From Bacteroidales bacterium (lineage in GTDB: Bacteria; Bacteroidota; Bacteroidia; Bacteroidales; S143-33), in contig JALWCU010000184.1 in the NCBI GenBank assembly GCA_027015275.1, forward strand, positions 1 to 38,831: DNA of 38,831 bases, in the 5' to 3' direction. The position numbers and the translations under genes were made by a program. This document shows, piece by piece, positions 17,904 through 28,225 of this stretch. Below the pieces are notes generated by a model. It worked only from the letters and a program-made list of their open reading frames with translations. It did no database searches and was not told the origin of the DNA. The stretch's first letter is position 1. Every line of letters starts with the position of its first letter.

Positions 17904-19142
17904 GTGAAAGAGGGAACGAGAAAACTATTTGAGAGCCTAAAGTTTTGTAATTATAAGCTGAGTTTTGTCTTAGATATTACTCAGAAGATTATTGATAATC
18001 ATCCTATAGAGGAGATAATGGCTGTGTTGTCTGAGTTGTTGACTCAGAAATTACACATCCGCCAGTTTCTATTTTATTACAAGGGAGATAGTGGTTGGCG
18101 GCTGAAGTTTGCCTTGGGCGTAGATGAGAAGAAATTTAGAGAACTAAATATTGATACTACTTTGAGTAAATACACAGAAATAACCATGGTCAGAGGTTCT
18201 AAAACAGAAGTAGGACTATTTGACTTTGTCATACCAATTATGTACAAGGATGCAGTTTTGGCATATTTGCTGGTAGGGGACTTGGAAGATACGAGCATAG
18301 GGATGAGTCCAGCTGTTAAGAGTTTAAAGTTTGTGCAGACAGTGGCAAATATGATAGTAGTGGCTATGGAAAAGCGTAAGTTGATATTAGAGGCAATAGA
18401 GCGTGAACGTATGAAAAAAGAGCTGGAGACGGCTTCTCGCATTCAGAGGATGCTTATACCTGGAATGGATGTTTTGCCCAAGAGTAGAAAATTTAAAGTT
18501 TATGGTTATTATCTACCTCATTATGAATTAGGAGGAGATTTGTATGATCTGGGCATTCTATCCAAATATGAGTTTTATTTTGCTATAGCTGATGTGTCTG
18601 GTAAAGGTCTTTCGGCAGCATTGCTCATGTCCAATTTTCAGGCAAACTTGCGTGCACAGTTTGCGTCGCACGTACCACTTGAGCAGATGATACGTAGTCT
18701 TAACAATATAGTCATACGCAATTCTGAAGGAGGACACTTTATTACAATGTTTCTGGGTAAGTATAATTTTCGCAAGAATCGTCTTATATATGTCAATGCA
18801 GGACATCAGCCTGGTATTCTTTACGATAAGGTAAACCGAAAGATAAGGATTTTGTCAAAAGGCACAGTAGGCATTGGTATGGTGGACAATATTCCCAAGA
18901 TAGATATTGGGAGGATCAATTTAAAAACATCTTCCAAGCTCCTGCTTTGTACAGACGGGGTAACAGAGTTAGCTCGAGGACGTGATATGGAAGCGGGCTT
19001 GCGCCGTCTTACGCGATTGATTCAGAACGATATGGATATTGATAAGACAATAGATAAAATTATTCGTGAACTTAAGCTTACAAAGACTAATCCTAATGTT
19101 TTCGATGATATAACGCTCTTAGGCTTTGACTTTAATGTTTGA
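17904..19142 (+). CDS. Cytoplasmic SpoIIE/RsbU-type PP2C serine phosphatase with an N-terminal GAF-like domain
   Basis: ELETA..IQ, GGDLYD, ADVSGKG..AALLM, NAGH, TDG and DDITL motifs are all intact; GTG start. Confidence 0.9.
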   Translation: MKEGTRKLFESLKFCNYKLSFVLDITQKIIDNHPIEEIMAVLSELLTQKLHIRQFLFYYKGDSGWRLKFALGVDEKKFRELNIDTTLSKYTEITMVRGSKTEVGLFDFVIPIMYKDAVLAYLLVGDLEDTSIGMSPAVKSLKFVQTVANMIVVAMEKRKLILEAIERERMKKELETASRIQRMLIPGMDVLPKSRKFKVYGYYLPHYELGGDLYDLGILSKYEFYFAIADVSGKGLSAALLMSNFQANLRAQFASHVPLEQMIRSLNNIVIRNSEGGHFITMFLGKYNFRKNRLIYVNAGHQPGILYDKVNRKIRILSKGTVGIGMVDNIPKIDIGRINLKTSSKLLLCTDGVTELARGRDMEAGLRRLTRLIQNDMDIDKTIDKIIRELKLTKTNPNVFDDITLLGFDFNV

Positions 19143-19763
19143 GCGCCGAAATAATCTGCTAAGCGTTGAGCTATTTTCCTCTTCATTACCATAATCAGAA
19201 GGTACTATAACCTTGGGACTTTCCCACTTGCCGAGCCAGGCTTTTTTGTTCATTGGGAAACCATCTGCACTAAGGAATTTACCGTTTTTGTCTTTTTTTA
19301 TTTTCCATGCTTTGCCCTCGAGTACTACTTTTTTAATTTCAATTACAAGGCTTGCAAGTGAAATATCAGGAAAGCGTTGACCTATTCTGATACCTATTTC
19401 GTTGTTCATTAGGTCCATAATCATACTTGCAGCGTCGGGTAAGTAGTATTCCTCGAGTCTATGTTTTTTATAATCTTGTTTGTTTCCTTTTTCATAAGCT
19501 CTTCCAAGCGAGTTAGCAGTTTTTGAACCGTATTTCTGTGTTATAAGCGCCATCCAAAGAATATGTCTGAAAGCATCTACCTGCCCACCGGCATAATCTC
19601 CATCCAGGTCTCCGCTGGTTATCTCACGATTAGCCATTTCTCTGGCCGTCTCTGATAGCTGCCACACACCCAGAGCAATGGGAATGTGCTTTATTAGCCA
19701 CCAGAGCTCGTATCTATTGAGTGTCTTGATAGTTTTAAATGCATTGCGTATTGGAAAAGACAT
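19119..19763 (-). CDS. Hypothetical protein, DUF6973-like
   Basis: GGQVDAFRH.LW...E...MDL.NN..G motif set. Its stop overlaps the convergent phosphatase gene by 24 nt. Confidence 0.7.
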   Translation of the reverse strand: MSFPIRNAFKTIKTLNRYELWWLIKHIPIALGVWQLSETAREMANREITSGDLDGDYAGGQVDAFRHILWMALITQKYGSKTANSLGRAYEKGNKQDYKKHRLEEYYLPDAASMIMDLMNNEIGIRIGQRFPDISLASLVIEIKKVVLEGKAWKIKKDKNGKFLSADGFPMNKKAWLGKWESPKVIVPSDYGNEEENSSTLSRLFRRSNIKVKA

Positions 19764-19778
19764 TAATCCTTCTTTTTT

Positions 19779-22448
19779 TTAGTCAAAATTTAGACCTATT
19801 ATAAGTATATCTAAGTCATGTGAACCAACTAGATAGTTTTCAAAAAACGTTTTTATATTCGTCAGTGAATCAAGTTCTTTTAGCTGTTCTATGAGGTTAT
19901 TTATCTCATCTAATTTAAAAATTTTGTCTTTATTTATTAATTCTTTGACGAAATTATTTGTAAAGGCAACTATGTAGCTATTCTCGGGAATAGTTATTAT
20001 TTCAGATTCCTGAGAACTGCGGGGCGCTAATTGGATTATTTCACTGTTTAGCAGGTATATGAAATTGTTCTTATGACTGGCTTTGAGTTTTTTTGTCTTG
20101 GGTTGATTAATAATAACTGAGAAGTGAACTTGTTGATCAGCAAGGTGTGAACTTATTTTTTTGTTAAATTGGTCTTCAATCTTTTCAATGCTTACCTGTT
20201 CGAAGTTGTTATTTCGTAGGTACTGATACAGAATTTCGTTCATTAAACTAAAGGATATGAGACTTAAAAAAGCGCCATGGATACCAGATATATCGCTTTG
20301 TCCAAAGGCTATTATTTCATAATCATTGACTTTGTGAAACCACCAGAAATTACCTGATACAGTTTCCTTGGCTATGGATAGAATGAAATGTTCGTGCTCT
20401 AAAGGCAAGTTATTTGGTGAGTTGAGCAACGCATTCTGAATACGCAGTGCATATTGTATGCTTTCACTTATTTGTTTATTCAGTTCCTCTATTATTGATT
20501 TTTGTTTTTCCAGAGATTTGGTCTGTTTGGTGAGAAGACTGTTTTTTTGTTCTAGTATGTCTTGCTGGGATTTTATCTCATCGTTCATTGCTGTGATAAT
20601 CTCAGCTGTTATCCTGAGTTCCTCTACTTTCTCATCCAGTTCGATATTACTGATTTCAAGTTCTTTGTTCCGCTCAGCAACTTTCTGTGTTCTCTGGTCA
20701 ATGATTTTTTGCAGATTAATGTTAATGTTTTGTAATTGCTTGAATATCTTTATATTGTTGACTATGGTGGCAATTTGTACGCTTATTAAATTAAATAGTT
20801 TTTCGTCAGAATTGCTGAAATAGTCATGATCTTTTTCCAAATAAATCAATCCTGTGGGATGTCCTTTACTTCCAATCGTAGAGAGAAGAATTGATTTAAA
20901 GCCAAGATTGAATTTTCCTTTGATAAGTCGATATAGTTTGTTTCTATCACTGATGATAAAGGCTTCGTCATTGTGTACAGCCAGTTCAATGAAATCAGAT
21001 AAAATTCTATTTTTTTCGCTACCTGCTTTATTAATCTCAATTTTTCGCTCATATTCTTTTACTCTGTTCTTGTCCACAACCGATCTGAGGTAATAATGTG
21101 GGCCTTCTATGGTGAAGAACATTACTAAGTCAGCTTTGAAGTGTTTTTTTAATGTCTTTAGCAAAGGAACTATACTATCAAATCTAACCTCACTAATTTG
21201 TTTCTTTACTTTATCAAGTTTTTTGAAATAACTGGTTAGTCTTTCTGCTTTGTGTAGCGTGTTTATTTGTTTATCAGATATCAAGATAGCCTGCGTAGTA
21301 ACAAAGATAAACAGTCCGAAATCAGATAAATAGACAGAGTGAATGATTTGATATTCATACAAAACATCATTGAGTGCAAATGCTGCTAAGATTAAGATAC
21401 CCAGGAATGGGATGAGGAAAAGTTTGCTATTTTCTCTCTTAAGAATATGGGAATAGCCAATAATGATATACACAGAGGCAGCACCCAAAGCAGCAATGAA
21501 AATCATCAAGGTTGCTGAGAAAAAACGAGTGGGTGTGACAAAGACAACAATTATCAACAGCAGAATAACTGCATTAGATAGGGATATTATGAAGTTCCAT
21601 ATCTTACTCATGTGATTTTTCAGGAAAAGCTTGAAAAATGCAAGTAAGAAAAATATTTTCCCGTAATTGGTGATGAAGTTTATTTTATGAACAAGTACCC
21701 AGGAGATATTAGGAAAGATGCTGGTTATCAGAAAGTCATCATTAAATAAGGTATATATCCCTGCCAGTAGGATTGAGAAGCCTAGCAGGAATGCATCCCA
21801 ATTTTTTTTCGTATATGTGTACAACCAGAGTAAATAAATTGCAAAGATTATGAATCCGCCAAATATAAAGAATACTGATATAGATTTTATTAAAAAACGG
21901 TTGTTGATGTAATGAGCATATCCAATGACAGGTGCTTTTATAATACCGCCATTGTGATGGTGATAGCTACTGACTTCTATTACAACGTCTAATGTATCTT
22001 TGCTAGTAAAGAATGTTACTATCTGTGTGCCACGTTTAGGTTTTTCTTTTGCTCTCGAATCCCCGACTATGCCGTTTTTCAGATATAATGAATCATTAAT
22101 CCAGATATTATAGGCACAGAAAATATCTATAAGCTTGATTGCATAAAGTGTGTTTTTTTTAGGAAGAATTATTTTGGTGTGGTAGGTGCCATAACCATAA
22201 TGGAAAAATCTAGGATCATTAGCCCAGTTACTGGGTACATCTATCAGGAGAGGTTTTAGTGTTAATCTTTCATTAATTAACTCTTTGGGTGTGAGTAATT
22301 TATGCCAGTAAAATTCCCATTTACCAGCAAGTCGATATTCTTTCAGATCCAGACAGCTAATATTAAATATTGACGAATCTTGCTTAGGCAAAGCAAAGAT
22401 AACGCTTGATACTAAGACCAGTAAATATGTAAATATAACCTTTTTCAT
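19779..22448 (-). CDS. 7TM-DISM receptor with GAF, coiled coil and degenerate SpoIIE-like domain
   Basis: LAGKWEFYW.KLL...VPSNW...GYGTY extracellular domain, about 7 TM, GLIYLE...FS..D..L GAF, SIQYA.RIQ linker. The PP2C aspartates are replaced. Confidence 0.82.
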   Translation of the reverse strand: MKKVIFTYLLVLVSSVIFALPKQDSSIFNISCLDLKEYRLAGKWEFYWHKLLTPKELINERLTLKPLLIDVPSNWANDPRFFHYGYGTYHTKIILPKKNTLYAIKLIDIFCAYNIWINDSLYLKNGIVGDSRAKEKPKRGTQIVTFFTSKDTLDVVIEVSSYHHHNGGIIKAPVIGYAHYINNRFLIKSISVFFIFGGFIIFAIYLLWLYTYTKKNWDAFLLGFSILLAGIYTLFNDDFLITSIFPNISWVLVHKINFITNYGKIFFLLAFFKLFLKNHMSKIWNFIISLSNAVILLLIIVVFVTPTRFFSATLMIFIAALGAASVYIIIGYSHILKRENSKLFLIPFLGILILAAFALNDVLYEYQIIHSVYLSDFGLFIFVTTQAILISDKQINTLHKAERLTSYFKKLDKVKKQISEVRFDSIVPLLKTLKKHFKADLVMFFTIEGPHYYLRSVVDKNRVKEYERKIEINKAGSEKNRILSDFIELAVHNDEAFIISDRNKLYRLIKGKFNLGFKSILLSTIGSKGHPTGLIYLEKDHDYFSNSDEKLFNLISVQIATIVNNIKIFKQLQNININLQKIIDQRTQKVAERNKELEISNIELDEKVEELRITAEIITAMNDEIKSQQDILEQKNSLLTKQTKSLEKQKSIIEELNKQISESIQYALRIQNALLNSPNNLPLEHEHFILSIAKETVSGNFWWFHKVNDYEIIAFGQSDISGIHGAFLSLISFSLMNEILYQYLRNNNFEQVSIEKIEDQFNKKISSHLADQQVHFSVIINQPKTKKLKASHKNNFIYLLNSEIIQLAPRSSQESEIITIPENSYIVAFTNNFVKELINKDKIFKLDEINNLIEQLKELDSLTNIKTFFENYLVGSHDLDILIIGLNFD

Positions 22449-22453
22449 GCCTT

Positions 22454-25282
22454 TTAGATTATTATGCCTACAACCAGGACATCATCGGTCTGTTGGCTCT
22501 GACCTTTCCATTCATTAAATGTGGTTTTCAGAATTTCTTTTTGTAGCTCCGATGGGTATTCGGATATTTCCAGCAGTAGTTTTCGGAAGTTCTTTTTGTA
22601 AAATTTTTCTCCAATAGAGTTAAACTGGTCAGCATATCCATCGCTGAACATGTACAACCTGTCTTGCTTCTTTAGCTGGAACGTATGATCGTCAAATTTG
22701 AATTCTCGTCCTGCCCTAATATAAGCCCCTATTGGGAAACGATTTGCTTTCAACTCTATTAATTCTCCATTTCTGACTATCCACAGGGGATTGTATGCGC
22801 CTGCAAAGTTTAGCTCTAAGGTTTGATCATCGATAATTGCCAAGGCCATATCCATTCCGTCTTTGATAGAGTTATAAGAATATCCCTTTGCTTCTGAACC
22901 TAAGGATCTTATAACATAAGACCGCAGATCTTCCAATATTTGTGCTGGGCTGACCTTAGCATTTTTGTCATCTATAAGATGATGCCTTAGAATATCATTG
23001 ATGTGCATAGCTCCTAGAATGCTCATAAAAGCGCCAGGAATGCCATGGCCAGTACAATCAGCCACGATAATAATAGTCTTGTTTCCTATCTTTTTTATTT
23101 GATAGAAATCTCCACCTACATCAAGCTTAGGCTGGTAAAATATGAAATAATCCTGAAATGTTATTCCTTTGTCCACTTCCAGTATATATGACTGTATCTC
23201 TTTTGCAAAGCTAAGTCCCTCGCTATATTTCTTGTTTTGCTGTTCAGCAATTATTTTTTGTTTAAGTATTTCATTATGAAGTTTCTCAAGTTCAAAGTTT
23301 TTCTTTTCTATTTCTGTCTTATTTGTCTCCAGCTCGAGGTTTATTGCATTAAGTTCGTCATTATAATTACTCAGCTCATTAATTTTCTCCCTTAATTGAC
23401 TTTTTTTATTTTGAAGCTCTATTTCTTTTTTTCTCAACAGTTCTGTGCGCTCTTTAATGAGCTCTTCTAATTGCGCATTGACTTGTCTGAGTCGGAAGAA
23501 ATTTTTAGCATTCTGGTAAATAGATAAAAGCTGCGAAGATGAGGAGAGCAATAGCCTGATTTGGGTTGGAGAAATAAATTTATAAGCATTTTCGAAATAT
23601 ACCAGTGCTTTTATATCACCTCGGTATGTTAGAGGAGCGGCTACTAAGGATTTGATCCGTTTTGTCATTAAATATTGCGCGAGTGGATCATTGAGGCGCT
23701 GGCTCTTTCGTTGTATTTGCTTTCGTTGGCGCTTTGTATATGGATAAAAGTAAATTCGTCTGTGCTCCTGAGCTTTTAGGACTGCGTCTGTGCACAGATA
23801 ATTTTGGTCAACATCGTTTATGCCTTTGGAAACATCATTGAGCTTATGAAGCTTAGCCTCATGCCTTATTATTAATTTATCTTGTTGTCTTTCTATCCAC
23901 AGTCCGCGGTGAAATTTTAGAAGATTATTAACAACCTTAAGAGCTTTACCTACGTCATAAAATGGCACTTTGAGTAGCTCATCCCTTAATTTGTCCAATT
24001 TTTTTAGCATAAAAGAGTAAATCAATATCTCTCTTTCTGCTTTGGCATTGTACATAGCCAGCATTATAGACAGAGTGAATAGGAAAATGAATAGACCAAA
24101 TCCTGACATGTAAAAAGTATGTATAATGTTGAAGTCATATAAAGTGTCATTTATACCCGTAATAAGCAATGCACCAACACCTATTAACGTATAGACAGCT
24201 CCAATTTGATATTTAATAGATTTGAAAAGTATGTAGATTATGTAAAATACTGAAGTAAAAGAGATTGTTATATAGGCATAAAGCAAAATTTTAAATGTAC
24301 TCACTGGCATAAAGATACTATAAAGACTAAAGAAGAATCCGAATGCAGTTAGACCTATAAGGACTTTAATATTAAATTCTCTGGGTACAAGCTGGTAGAT
24401 GTAATGTATAAAAGTTATTGTCCTGTAAAAATACAGAAACCAAAGAAGGTGCAAACCAAAAAACCAATTCAGATTGGGGAATAGCCTATAAATGATATAT
24501 TCACTGTCAAGACCTATTATGAAGGTTTGACCTATTAAGGTTACAACGAAATAAATAGCTCCCAGGTCCTCCTTGCGGTAATAATAGACTAAGAGGAAAA
24601 ATAATGCGAATATCAACGTGCTACCTATCAGCCATGCTTCAATGCCAACATTGAGAATATTAAACTTTTGTATCAATGCAGGGGTGCCAATAACAATTTG
24701 TCTAACCAGACCAGCTTTAAAATGTTGATAATTACTGACTTGTATGACTATGTCCAAGGTGTTTTTATCAATTTTAAGGTAGTATGTCTCGGGATACCAG
24801 CTGGGCTTGGATGTCTTTTTGCTTGTCCCGACAATTCCGTTTTCATCTATAAATTTCCCGTTTACCCACAAGCGGTAAGCAGTGAAAGACCCGTGGAAAC
24901 ATAGTCCTATTTCATGCAAATTCCGTGGCAAGAGTACTTTGATATGATATGTCGCATATCCGAACTTGGGCAAAGCCTTACCATTCATTGAATAATCTGT
25001 CCATGTGCTGGGTACAGGAAAATAATGGCAGTCTTGTTTGTAATTATTAATCTGAGAAGGTAAGAGAAGTTTTTTCCAGTAAAATTCCCAGTTTCCATAA
25101 AGCCCAAATACATAATCTGACCATTCAGCATTTCGTAAGTCCACTATGCCTTTTTTTGCAAAAGTTCTCTCTCGTGTTATTATGACCTTCTGAGAACGCG
25201 CAATATTAGGCAGGAGAAGAATACAGGTAACTAATACTATTCCGAAAAAATTTTTGAATGCTATGTTATTCTTCTGTTCCAA
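22454..25282 (-). CDS. 7TM-DISM receptor with GAF, coiled coil and intact SpoIIE/PP2C phosphatase
   Basis: [13 protein letters not shown]...VPSTW...GYATY, about 7 TM, GAF-like region, then [32 protein letters not shown] and DDVLV. Confidence 0.88.
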   Translation of the reverse strand: MEQKNNIAFKNFFGIVLVTCILLLPNIARSQKVIITRERTFAKKGIVDLRNAEWSDYVFGLYGNWEFYWKKLLLPSQINNYKQDCHYFPVPSTWTDYSMNGKALPKFGYATYHIKVLLPRNLHEIGLCFHGSFTAYRLWVNGKFIDENGIVGTSKKTSKPSWYPETYYLKIDKNTLDIVIQVSNYQHFKAGLVRQIVIGTPALIQKFNILNVGIEAWLIGSTLIFALFFLLVYYYRKEDLGAIYFVVTLIGQTFIIGLDSEYIIYRLFPNLNWFFGLHLLWFLYFYRTITFIHYIYQLVPREFNIKVLIGLTAFGFFFSLYSIFMPVSTFKILLYAYITISFTSVFYIIYILFKSIKYQIGAVYTLIGVGALLITGINDTLYDFNIIHTFYMSGFGLFIFLFTLSIMLAMYNAKAEREILIYSFMLKKLDKLRDELLKVPFYDVGKALKVVNNLLKFHRGLWIERQQDKLIIRHEAKLHKLNDVSKGINDVDQNYLCTDAVLKAQEHRRIYFYPYTKRQRKQIQRKSQRLNDPLAQYLMTKRIKSLVAAPLTYRGDIKALVYFENAYKFISPTQIRLLLSSSSQLLSIYQNAKNFFRLRQVNAQLEELIKERTELLRKKEIELQNKKSQLREKINELSNYNDELNAINLELETNKTEIEKKNFELEKLHNEILKQKIIAEQQNKKYSEGLSFAKEIQSYILEVDKGITFQDYFIFYQPKLDVGGDFYQIKKIGNKTIIIVADCTGHGIPGAFMSILGAMHINDILRHHLIDDKNAKVSPAQILEDLRSYVIRSLGSEAKGYSYNSIKDGMDMALAIIDDQTLELNFAGAYNPLWIVRNGELIELKANRFPIGAYIRAGREFKFDDHTFQLKKQDRLYMFSDGYADQFNSIGEKFYKKNFRKLLLEISEYPSELQKEILKTTFNEWKGQSQQTDDVLVVGIII

Positions 25283-25338
25283 ATTCTTGTTATTTTTTCA
25301 GATTTGAAATTTACAAAAAAAAATTAAATTTTAAATCT

Positions 25339-25346
25339 TATTTTTG
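25339..25346 (+). promoter_or_regulatory. -7 promoter box for tdk-yidD-SSS operon
   Basis: TATTTTTG 19 nt upstream of the ATG at 25366. Confidence 0.55.
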
Positions 25347-25365
25347 TACCAAAAAATATACCCAA

Positions 25366-25959
25366 ATGTTTTTAGAAAATACTTTCAAGTCAGCTAATCA
25401 GAGCGGATGGATAGAAGTCATCACAGGTTCCATGTTTTCTGGCAAGACCGAGGAATTGATTCGTCGCTTGCGTCGTGCACAAATAGCCAAGCAGAAAGTT
25501 GCAATTTTCAAACCCAAACTTGATACACGTTATTCCGAAAAAGAAATAGTCTCACATGACGCTAATTACATCGAGTCGGTTCCAGTAGAAAAGGCCTCTG
25601 AGATATTAGACAAAGGCATTGAATCTGATGTTATTGGCATTGACGAAGCACAGTTCTTTGATATGGACATAGTCGAAGTATGCAATGAACTGGCTAATAG
25701 AGGTAAACGTGTCATCGTCGCGGGCCTTGATATGGACTATTTGGGTAAGCCCTTTGGTCCAATGCCTTATCTGATGGCAATTGCCGAATATGTTACCAAG
25801 GTTCATGCTATTTGTATGCGCTGCGGAAATTTGGCACATTATTCACATCGCAAGAGCACGAGCGATTCTCTCATTGAGCTGGGCGAAAAAGATAAATATG
25901 AGCCTTTGTGCCGTTCATGCTACCTCGAAGCGCTCAAAGAGCAAAACAAAGATGAGTAA
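25366..25959 (+). CDS. tdk: Thymidine kinase
   Basis: [12 protein letters not shown]-loop, IDEAQFF, VAGLD.D, CMRC and YEPLCRSC motifs. Start moved to the ATG at 25366. Confidence 0.96.
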   Translation: MFLENTFKSANQSGWIEVITGSMFSGKTEELIRRLRRAQIAKQKVAIFKPKLDTRYSEKEIVSHDANYIESVPVEKASEILDKGIESDVIGIDEAQFFDMDIVEVCNELANRGKRVIVAGLDMDYLGKPFGPMPYLMAIAEYVTKVHAICMRCGNLAHYSHRKSTSDSLIELGEKDKYEPLCRSCYLEALKEQNKDE

Positions 25960-26212
25960 CGTAAAAAATATAGGTAGAAGACTGGTAATAGCCATAATCC
26001 GTTTTTATCAAAAATTTGTCTCACCGCTCTCAGGTCCAACATGCCGTCATATCCCAACGTGCTCGTCATATAGCATCGAAGCTGTGGCAAAGCACGGGGT
26101 GTGGCGCGGACTGTGGCTGGCATTGAAGCGCATTTCCCGTTGCCGACCAGGTGGAACCAGTGGCTATGACCCCGTACCTCCTCCAAAAACAAAAAAATCA
26201 GACACATGCTGA
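25952..26212 (+). CDS. yidD: Membrane protein insertion efficiency factor YidD
   Basis: [10 protein letters not shown]...[15 protein letters not shown]...RISRC.P....GYDPVP. The start is the ATG at 25952, within the longer listed ORF. Confidence 0.93.
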   Translation: MSNVKNIGRRLVIAIIRFYQKFVSPLSGPTCRHIPTCSSYSIEAVAKHGVWRGLWLALKRISRCRPGGTSGYDPVPPPKTKKSDTC

Positions 26213-27939
26213 CATTTTTAGACTGGGCAATTATTTTAGCTTATATAGTCCTGACAATCGTCATTGGGCTGAGCTACAGGAAAAAATCTTCAAAATCTTT
26301 GTCAGATTATTTTCTCAGTGGCAGGCAAATGCCGTGGATAGTGGCAGGTCTGTCTATGGTTGCTACTACCTTTGCTGCTGATACACCTCTGGCTGTTACT
26401 GAGTTAGTCGGCAAAGGTGGAGTATCTGGCAATTGGCTATGGTGGAATTTTCTTATTGGTGGCATGCTTACGACGCTTTTCTTTGCTCATCTGTGGAACA
26501 GGGCTGGCGTGTTGACAGAAGTTGAGTTGCTCGATGTGCGCTACAGTGGCAAGGTCGCCAAATTTCTGCGTGGTTTCAAGGCTCTTTATCTGGGTCTTTT
26601 CATGAATGGTCTGGTCATAGCATGGGTGAATCTGGCTCTGATGTCCATAATTGAAGTTTTTTTCGATATTCATGGACAAATGCTCATGCTTATAATGATT
26701 TCTGCAATGCTCATTGCTGTTGTTTATTCGACATTGTCTGGGCTGTGGGGCGTGGCTGTTACGGATGTAGTGCAATTCCTTATTGCTATAACAGGCTCTA
26801 TTGTGCTGGCTGTACTGGTTATCAATAGCGATAAGATTGGTGGGATAAAAGGCTTGGAAGCAAAGCTACCTCAAGGGGCACTGTCTTTCTTTCCTCATAT
26901 TGGAGCGCATTCTGCTGCTGGAACTTTAACAATTTCTCTTGGAGCCTTTTTGGCTTATGGACTATTTCAATGGTGGGCAAGTTGGTATCCGGGAGCTGAG
27001 CCAGGTGGTGGCGGATATATTGCCCAGCGAATGATGAGTACCAAGAACGAGCGCCATTCTGTTTATGCTACGTTGCTCTTTCAGATTACGCATTATGCTC
27101 TGCGTCCTTGGCCTTGGATTCTTGTAGGTTTGGCTGCATTAGTGCTTTATCCTGGACTTGACCCGACTCATTTTCGTTTTGCTTATGTCTATGCCATGAG
27201 GGACTTTCTGCCAACAGGTTGGAAAGGCTTGCTCCTTGTAGCTTTTCTGGCAGCATATATGAGCACGATTTCTACACAACTCAATTTTGGCTCGAGTGTA
27301 CTGACCAATGATTTCTATCTGCTTATAATCAAGAAGAAACTCAGCCCGCGTGCTCAAGTTAATGTGGCGCGAATTATTACGCTTGTTATGATGGCTGTTT
27401 CATTGTATTTTACTACGATAATTAATTCAATTTCAGGTGTGTGGAGTTTTGTGATAGAGTGTGGAGCTGGATTGGGGCTGGTTTTGATTCTGCGCTGGTA
27501 TTGGTGGAGGGTAAATGCCTGGTCAGAGCTTACGGCTATGATTGTACCTTTTATTGTTTATGCTGTTGGACGCTTTGCCTGGGGATTAGTTTTTCCACAG
27601 TCTTATTTTTTGACGATAGGAGTTACGACTGTTGTGTGGTTGCTTGTTACATTTCTGACACCGCCGACAGATGGGAAAGTTTTGCAGAATTTTTATTCAC
27701 GTGTCAGACCTGGTGGGTGGTGGAAGCCTGTTGCCAGAGACCTTGGAATGGAAGTACACGGTCCACAATGGCAGTTATTCGTTGCTTGGCTCTCTGCAAT
27801 AGTAATGGCATATAGTACCTTGTTTTGGATAGGCGCCTTGCTGCTGCATCAGTGGCATAATCTGTTGATTTACAGTGTAACATTTGTCTTGGGTTTGTCT
27901 TTGTTCGTTAAATTTTTCCAAGTAGGCTACAAAGCTTAG
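26206..27939 (+). CDS. Sodium:solute symporter (SSS) family transporter
   Basis: DYFLSGR.MPW...SMVATTFAADTP, GLWGV..TD..Q, QRMMS.K and AAYMST.ST.LN motifs; many TM helices. Confidence 0.92.
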   Translation: MLTFLDWAIILAYIVLTIVIGLSYRKKSSKSLSDYFLSGRQMPWIVAGLSMVATTFAADTPLAVTELVGKGGVSGNWLWWNFLIGGMLTTLFFAHLWNRAGVLTEVELLDVRYSGKVAKFLRGFKALYLGLFMNGLVIAWVNLALMSIIEVFFDIHGQMLMLIMISAMLIAVVYSTLSGLWGVAVTDVVQFLIAITGSIVLAVLVINSDKIGGIKGLEAKLPQGALSFFPHIGAHSAAGTLTISLGAFLAYGLFQWWASWYPGAEPGGGGYIAQRMMSTKNERHSVYATLLFQITHYALRPWPWILVGLAALVLYPGLDPTHFRFAYVYAMRDFLPTGWKGLLLVAFLAAYMSTISTQLNFGSSVLTNDFYLLIIKKKLSPRAQVNVARIITLVMMAVSLYFTTIINSISGVWSFVIECGAGLGLVLILRWYWWRVNAWSELTAMIVPFIVYAVGRFAWGLVFPQSYFLTIGVTTVVWLLVTFLTPPTDGKVLQNFYSRVRPGGWWKPVARDLGMEVHGPQWQLFVAWLSAIVMAYSTLFWIGALLLHQWHNLLIYSVTFVLGLSLFVKFFQVGYKA

Positions 27940-28103
27940 TTGCCGCTTGTCATAGCTGCTGCTGTCAGGAGTTCGTGATAGTTACCTACGACTATACCTG
28001 CTGCGGTTTCTATGACTTTATGTTTTTGCAGGCCAATTTGATAGCCCAGATCGTAAAATGATTTTGCCTGTTTTTTTTGTTTTTCACTTTTTAAACGAAC
28101 AAT
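27936..28103 (-). CDS. Candidate small protein (about 50-55 aa) not in the ORF track
   Basis: 55 sense codons ending ...KQAKSFYDLGYQIGLQKHKVIETAAGIVVGNYHELLTAAAMTSGN*. The stop overlaps the SSS stop. The start is unclear: ATT, or a GTG at 28087 that is out of frame across an A8 tract. Confidence 0.35.
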   Translation of the reverse strand: MVRLKSEKQKKQAKSFYDLGYQIGLQKHKVIETAAGIVVGNYHELLTAAAMTSGN

Positions 28104-28225
28104 TTAACCGATTGGTTTAATAAAAAAGTGTAAAATATTTATAATAAAAGCTAATTTATGGATATTTTTTTAGTTTTGTTTTGTTATGAGTTTCGTTTAA
28201 TTTTTAATTAGGAAAGGTTCTTATC

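Noticed and set aside
25258-25951. Extended N-termini given by the track for tdk (25258) and yidD (25781); likewise dapD (5623) and pdxJ (36944)
   Set aside because: The extensions overlap neighbouring genes or promoters. Downstream ATGs give the expected protein starts.
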